Positions 36,220-41,177 of a stretch of DNA of 41,177 nucleotides are shown piece by piece. This DNA is from a virus (lineage: Duplodnaviria; Heunggongvirae; Uroviricota; Caudoviricetes): the IMG/VR virus record IMGVR_UViG_2534681997_000004, positions 1 through 41,177 of that record; one strand, written 5' to 3'. Under the pieces are notes generated by a model. That model made no database searches, had not been told where the DNA came from, and saw nothing but the letters and a program-made list of their open reading frames with translations. The position numbers and the translations under genes were made by a program. Every line of letters starts with the position of its first letter. Position 1 is the first letter of the stretch.

Positions 36220-36653
36220 GTGACATCGCTTCATTCTGGAATGTGGATGAGATGTTTGCTGACTGGCAGAAAGGGCTGGGTGAACTCACCACGGGGAACG
36301 ATTTACAGACTGCAATACTGGACAGCCTGTTTACCGACAGGCTGGCGCGCGCTGACGATGATTATGAGGATAGCGATCGCCGCGGCTGGTGGGGGGATTC
36401 CGGGGAGGAATCCCAACTGGGATCCCGGCTGTGGCTGCTACGGCGGAAAAAACTGACCCCGGATGTAGCAAAAAAAGCGGAGGAATACTCGAGTGAAGCG
36501 CTCAACTGGTTAAAGGTTGATGGCGTTGTCAGCGAGGTTATTCCTGTTGCAAGGATCGTCCTGCCTGACCGGCTCAATCTCATTATCCGCTATCAGGCAC
36601 CGGGGAAGGACTGGCAGGAATTCAGGTTTTACTGGATATGGGAGCAACGTTAA
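36216..36653 (+). CDS. Baseplate protein, GP46 family
   Basis: 145 aa; position before the baseplate J-like gene. Confidence 0.6.
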   Translation: MSDIASFWNVDEMFADWQKGLGELTTGNDLQTAILDSLFTDRLARADDDYEDSDRRGWWGDSGEESQLGSRLWLLRRKKLTPDVAKKAEEYSSEALNWLKVDGVVSEVIPVARIVLPDRLNLIIRYQAPGKDWQEFRFYWIWEQR

Positions 36654-36655
36654 TA

Positions 36656-37797
36656 TGCCGTTTAAACGACCGACGCTGAGCGAACTCCGCGACGGAAACC
36701 GGAAATTTATGCAGGCGGAGCTTGAGGATGTTGGTGCGCTCCTGCGCTTCGCGAACCTGAAGGTACTGGCTGACATGGATGCGGGGATGGGGCATCTGCA
36801 TTACGCCTACCTTGACTATATTGCCCTGCAGACAAACCCGTTTACCTCTACCGATGAGTATCTCGCCGGGTGGATGGCCCTTAAGCAGGTATTCAGAAAA
36901 CCAGCTGCAGCGGCGAAGTCGCCTGCGGTACAGGCTAGTGGCAGTGTTGACTGTATTATCCCTGTTGGCTCGATCATTAACCGCGGGGACGGATACCAGT
37001 ACCGGACGGATGCAGATCTTAAAATTCAGGCAGATGGATTTGGTATCGTCGCGGTGACGGCCATCCTGCCGGATATTACCAGTGATGTAACGGGTGGAGG
37101 CGCGCGCGGTAACGCTGATGCCGGGACCATAATGACCCTGGACGCGAATATTGCTGGCGTGGATCCACAGGTAACGTTACTGTCCGCTGCGACCGGCGGA
37201 GCCGATATTGAAACGGAAGAGGATTTTCGCAGTCGTGGCTTGCTGGCATGGCAGAATCCGCCTCAGGGTGGAAGCGACGCCGATTATAAAAAATGGGCGC
37301 TTGAGGTTTCGGGCGTCACCCGCGCGTGGGTAAAGCGGCGTCTGAACGGGGCCGGGACCGTTGGCGTGTATATCATGTGTGATCGGAATGACAATGGTGG
37401 GTTTCCGGTCGGTACCGACGGAATATCCCAACTTGAGGACTGGGGGGCTGTTAAAGCCACCGGAGACCAGCTCGCTGTCGCCGACCACATCTATCCGCAG
37501 CAGACAGACACTGCCATTGTTTTCGTATGTTCCCCGATCAAGAAAGTCATCAATATTGAAATCTCTGGGATCAAAAATGCCGACAGCACCACAGTTCAGG
37601 GGATAAAAGACGCGCTGACGGCGCTGTTTTTTGATGAAGCTAACCCTGATGGTTCCGGGAAAGTTTACCTCTCTGATATTAACGGGAGTATCGGCGGTGT
37701 TAGCGGCACGACGGGCTATATCCTTAACTCTCCGACGGCCAATATCACCTTTGCTGTTGGCGAAATTCCGGTGCTTGGCGGGGTGAATTTTGTATGA
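36656..37797 (+). CDS. Baseplate J-like protein (Mu gp47-like)
   Basis: About 380 aa from ATG 36656; baseplate J family character and position. Confidence 0.7.
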
Positions 37798-38387
37798 GCC
37801 TCTTTTCAAAAAATGATTATGCCGGTGCGCTTGGTGCGCTGCTACCGACGGGCAGGGCGTGGCCCCGGTCGCAAAGAACGGTACAGGCTGCGGTATTACG
37901 GGCACTGGGCAGCGCGTTTCAGCGTTCTGACAACGATGCGCAAAGCCTGATTACTGGTGCTTTTCCCCCTACAGCGACGGTAATGTTGTCAGAATGGGAA
38001 AGCTCTCTGGGGTTACCAGATGATTGTGCGATTGGTGAATCCGGTGGCGTCAGCGATCGCCAGCGCGCCGTGGTGGCAAAGTTAATCAGCACCGGCGGCC
38101 TGAACCGCGATTATTACATCCGGGTGGCTGCAGCTCTTGGTTATACCATCACTATCACACAGTTCCGGCCCGCTATGAGTGGCATGTCAGTATGCGGTGA
38201 TGCGCTTAACGGTGACGAGTGGCCATTTACCTGGCGGATAAATGCGCCACAAACAACGATCAAGTATTCGCTTGCTGGCGCGTCCTACTGCGGAGATCCG
38301 CTCGCATCGTGGGGCAATAAACAACTGGAGTGTTCAATCAACAAAATTGCCCCATCCCATCTGAACATCATTTTCAATTATTCATAA
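37794..38387 (+). CDS. Tail protein, Mu gp48-like (DUF2313/YmfQ-like)
   Basis: 197 aa immediately upstream of the tail fibre gene. Confidence 0.55.
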   Translation: MSLFSKNDYAGALGALLPTGRAWPRSQRTVQAAVLRALGSAFQRSDNDAQSLITGAFPPTATVMLSEWESSLGLPDDCAIGESGGVSDRQRAVVAKLISTGGLNRDYYIRVAAALGYTITITQFRPAMSGMSVCGDALNGDEWPFTWRINAPQTTIKYSLAGASYCGDPLASWGNKQLECSINKIAPSHLNIIFNYS

Positions 38388-38438
38388 CTGATATTTCCCC
38401 CTCTGATTTTATCGCTTAACACTAAGTGAGGATTAACT

Positions 38439-39101
38439 ATGCTCCGAATCGGGCAAGTCGAAGCCACTGCAACGCAGGATGGCAAATATACTGATGGAAG
38501 TGTTGCTGGTGGTATTGCCGCAACGAGGCTGCGGGCCGCAGCGTTTAACGCCATGCAGGAAGAGTTAGCGCATATTGTAGAGTCGGCAGGATTGGCGCTC
38601 GACATTAACGATATGACGCAGGTTTTAAAAGCAATTCAAAAACTGACACTGAGCCGTATAAACCCATTCGCTGATATCAAATCAGATGGTGCAGCGGCGA
38701 TTTCTACGGCTCTCGCAAACCTTGATTTGGGAGAGGCGGCAAAACGGGATGTAGGGACAGGGGAAAATCAGATACCGGACATGAACGCATGGAGCCATAG
38801 CGGCCCAGCAACTGGCCGCTGGAGAAAATCACCTGACGGACTTATTGAGCAATGGGGAAGTGCTGGTATATCAGATGCATACGGCAACGCGGCAGTGACA
38901 TTCCCTATTGCCTTCTCTTCCGAACCTGATTTTGTTTTATTTGGGCCGCGAAACGTGACAGCACCTACAAGGATGACGTCTATCGTGCTTGACGAGAGCC
39001 AGTTACGTAATACCGGATTTACATGCAGATGCTTTGACCATTTAGATGGATCTACTACGCCAAGCACAAGTAACTTTTATTGGTATTGCAGGGGATATTG
39101 A
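38439..39101 (+). CDS. Tail fibre protein (constant N-terminus plus variable C-terminus, currently expressed orientation)
   Basis: 220 aa; followed by a tail fibre assembly gene and an inverted second fibre/assembly pair. Confidence 0.6.
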   Translation: MLRIGQVEATATQDGKYTDGSVAGGIAATRLRAAAFNAMQEELAHIVESAGLALDINDMTQVLKAIQKLTLSRINPFADIKSDGAAAISTALANLDLGEAAKRDVGTGENQIPDMNAWSHSGPATGRWRKSPDGLIEQWGSAGISDAYGNAAVTFPIAFSSEPDFVLFGPRNVTAPTRMTSIVLDESQLRNTGFTCRCFDHLDGSTTPSTSNFYWYCRGY

Positions 39102-39103
39102 TA

Positions 39104-39544
39104 ATGAACGTCTATTACTATAGTGCCATGAACAACGCCTTTTACCTGGCGGAGAACATTGATCTCTACAAAGAACAAAGCACCTGGCCATCTGACGCGA
39201 TAAAAGTTGAAGATAGTCTGTTTGATGAATTTAATTCACCACCGCCAGGGAAAATTCGCGCAGCGGGGGAAAATGGTTTGCCAGTATGGATTGACATTCC
39301 ACAGCCAACACCTGGCGAGATTATTGCAATTGCAGAATATAAAAAGAAGATTCTGATTTCTGATGCTAATAGCTACATCAGCGCCAAACAATGGCCAGGT
39401 AAAGCCGCCATTGGTCGTCTGAAAGGTGATGAACTGGCGCAATATAATTTGTGGCTGGATTATCTGGACGCACTGGAGCTGATCGATACTTCCGGTGCGC
39501 CAGATATTGAATGGCCTACGCCTCCGGGGGAACAGGCCAGTTAA
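39104..39544 (+). CDS. Tail fibre assembly protein (Tfa)
   Basis: N-terminal MNVYYYSAMNNAFY motif typical of Tfa chaperones. Confidence 0.7.
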   Translation: MNVYYYSAMNNAFYLAENIDLYKEQSTWPSDAIKVEDSLFDEFNSPPPGKIRAAGENGLPVWIDIPQPTPGEIIAIAEYKKKILISDANSYISAKQWPGKAAIGRLKGDELAQYNLWLDYLDALELIDTSGAPDIEWPTPPGEQAS

Positions 39545-39869
39545 CATTCTCGGGATCGGTTTTGACCTCCCACGCCTTAACCTCATTTTTATAATCCAGC
39601 CACGCTGACAGCTTAGCTTTGTTGGCGTCGCTGATTTCACCCAGCATCAATTCCGTACGCCAGTCGAGCATAACAGCGTCTGCATGGGTCAGTAGTTGCT
39701 GACGCTCGTATTCGGCTGCGGCAATTAATTCCTCTTTGGTAGGAGGCGGATTCAATATTTCATTTGCTTCATTTTCTGTTATTAGCGTTAATCCTTCGGC
39801 AATGAACTCTTCATCACACTCATCTTCATACGCGTAAATATTATTTTCGTCATCAATATAATATTTCAT
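39516..39869 (-). CDS. Alternative tail fibre assembly protein (inverted copy)
   Basis: GGAGGG RBS before ATG 39869; MKYYIDDENNIYAY Tfa-type N-terminus; convergent and overlapping with the plus-strand tfa. Confidence 0.65.
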   Translation of the reverse strand: MKYYIDDENNIYAYEDECDEEFIAEGLTLITENEANEILNPPPTKEELIAAAEYERQQLLTHADAVMLDWRTELMLGEISDANKAKLSAWLDYKNEVKAWEVKTDPENVNWPVPPEA

Positions 39870-40576
39870 CGTAATTCCCTCCACGTGAACGTTGTAATGC
39901 CAGATACGTTAACTCTGTAAGTGGAACCCGGAGGAATAACCGGGCAATATCCACCGGCACCCGATGGCGTTAATCCATCTACCACAATATTTAAAACCCA
40001 TGATGTTGTTGGTCGGACAAAGTCCAGCAAAAGCTGTATCGGTTTTCCGGTGGTGTTTGTATAAGTGACACCTACTGAACGCTGTGACGTCACATCAACC
40101 CATGACTGACCGTGTCCGAGTAAAGGAAGATTGATATCTTTACTGCCATCAAAAGAAACGCCATTAATTAACCGTGCAACAGAAAGCTTTGCTGCAGCCA
40201 CCGCGACAGCATTCGACGCAAGTGCGCCAATGTCTGCAGGAGTTGGTTTATGGTTTGTTCCATAAAACTCAGTCCAGGGCTTCCACGGTCCCCCTGTCGT
40301 TTCAAGCCCCCTTACAAATTTTCGTCCAGAGCCGAAAGCGGTGTACTCCTGCTGGCAACCGTAGGCGCTGGGGGTGACTAACAGCGTACCGGCTTCTTTG
40401 ATGGGGTAATGATGCTCGGACGTGGCATTCTCATCAAGAGACTGAAAATACACTCCCGCACTGGAAAAATCGTAAAGCGTATTCAGGTCAATGGTTAAAG
40501 CTGACTCTTTAACCTGAAACGCATTTGCCGCCAGTTTTACTGTTTCTTCCAAATGAACCTTTTTTATAACCATCAA
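39866..40576 (-). CDS. Alternative tail fibre variable C-terminal segment (not fused to the constant part in this orientation)
   Basis: 236-aa ORF on the opposite strand upstream of the alternative tfa; its frame stays open only 11 codons upstream of the first Met. Confidence 0.55.
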   Translation of the reverse strand: MMVIKKVHLEETVKLAANAFQVKESALTIDLNTLYDFSSAGVYFQSLDENATSEHHYPIKEAGTLLVTPSAYGCQQEYTAFGSGRKFVRGLETTGGPWKPWTEFYGTNHKPTPADIGALASNAVAVAAAKLSVARLINGVSFDGSKDINLPLLGHGQSWVDVTSQRSVGVTYTNTTGKPIQLLLDFVRPTTSWVLNIVVDGLTPSGAGGYCPVIPPGSTYRVNVSGITTFTWRELR

Positions 40577-40597
40577 AAATCTGGTGATGCTTCGCCG

Positions 40598-40623
40598 TTT
40601 CTCCTGTTTTCATAACAGGAGAA
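40598..40623. promoter_or_regulatory. Palindrome overlapping the invertase ribosome-binding site
   Basis: TTCTCCTGTT-ttcat-AACAGGAGAA, perfect 10-bp arms; right arm contains the AGGAGA RBS 7 nt before the invertase ATG. Confidence 0.4.
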
Positions 40624-40628
40624 ATCCC

Positions 40629-41177
40629 ATGATTTACGGTTATGCCCGAGTATCAACAAACCACCAGGACACTGAATTGCAACTAACGGCGCTCAAGTCA
40701 GCGGGTTGTGAGAAAATTTTTGAAGAGCATGCCAGCGGGAGGAAATCGAATCGGCCGGTTCTAAAACGGCTGATCGCCACTATGCAGCCGGGGGATGAAC
40801 TGGTGGTCTGGAAGCTGGACAGGATAGGCCGCAACGTTCTGCATGCGCTGTTGATGTTCCAGCAGTTACAGGAAAAGGGTATCAACTTCCGCAGTATTAC
40901 CGATGGCGTGGATCTCAAAACAGCCAGCGGCCGCTATAACTTTCGTAACATCCTTTCCGCAGCACAATATGAATCTGATCTTAATAGCGAACGTACCTTA
41001 GCAGGGCTGGCCGTAGCCAGGGCAAAAGGGCGAGTTGGTGGTCGCAGGCCTAAGTTCACGGATGAGCAATGGCGGGAAATGGGGGAGCGGATGGCAACCG
41101 GTGAATCACGACAAAGCGTATCAAAAACGTATGGAGTAGGGCTCTCAACTCTGTATAAAAAGTTTCCAGCTAGCTGA
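40629..41177 (+). CDS. Serine recombinase, DNA invertase (Hin/Gin/Pin family)
   Basis: MIYGYARVSTNHQD catalytic N-terminus, VVWKLDRIGRN, and C-terminal HTH ending ...STLYKKFPAS; stop coincides with the window end. Confidence 0.85.
   Translation: MIYGYARVSTNHQDTELQLTALKSAGCEKIFEEHASGRKSNRPVLKRLIATMQPGDELVVWKLDRIGRNVLHALLMFQQLQEKGINFRSITDGVDLKTASGRYNFRNILSAAQYESDLNSERTLAGLAVARAKGRVGGRRPKFTDEQWREMGERMATGESRQSVSKTYGVGLSTLYKKFPAS

Larger units (their letters stand above)
38620..40583. other. Putative invertible tail-fibre segment (G/P-segment-like); boundaries approximate
   Basis: Convergent fibre/tfa gene pairs adjacent to a serine invertase gene; AT-rich candidate crossover sites near 38620..38645 and 40557..40583 with partial inverted similarity. 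Confidence 0.4.
1..41177. mobile_element. Prophage / temperate phage genome segment (lambda-like head, Mu-like contractile tail, Rac-like recET early region); boundaries lie outside the window
   Basis: Contiguous integrase, recombination, immunity, replication, antitermination, lysis, packaging, head, tail and invertase modules in canonical order. Confidence 0.85.

Noticed and set aside
1-41177. tRNA, rRNA or other structured RNA genes
   Set aside because: No cloverleaf-compatible segment was recognised by eye in the intergenic regions; a tRNAscan or Infernal run would be needed to exclude them formally.

Overview
The whole 41.2-kb window reads as one mosaic temperate-phage genome (prophage) in canonical order; the window begins at the integrase start codon, so its N-terminus may be cut by the window edge, and ends exactly at the stop of a DNA invertase gene. 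Left to right: integrase, then a leftward early operon (AlpA-like excisionase, RecT and RecE recombination proteins, small zinc-ribbon protein), an immunity region (short HTH repressor divergent from a Cro-like gene), replication and nin-like genes (O-like initiator, HNH nuclease, SOS-boxed DinI, YbcO, RusA), a Q-like antiterminator with late promoter and tandem terminators, a lysis cassette (holin, lysozyme, Rz/Rz1), a lambda-like packaging and head module (Nu1-like and GpA terminase, portal, S49 protease, decoration and major capsid proteins), and a Mu-like contractile tail module (sheath, tube, frameshifted chaperone, tape measure, baseplate, tail fibre) ending in an invertible tail-fibre cassette. 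The most interesting unexplained element is an AT-rich two-gene cassette (6643..7452) transcribed with the repressor and closed by a terminator, in the position lambda uses for rexAB; I propose it as a candidate lysogen-expressed phage-exclusion or abortive-infection module with no family I can recognise. Other points worth a second look are several self-contained morons, a TGTCCCA repeat array upstream of the small terminase (cosB-like), a recurring operator-like motif at both putative early promoters, and an amber-interrupted small membrane ORF plus terminator inside the tail operon. All protein assignments are from reading the translations by eye; no database search was run.
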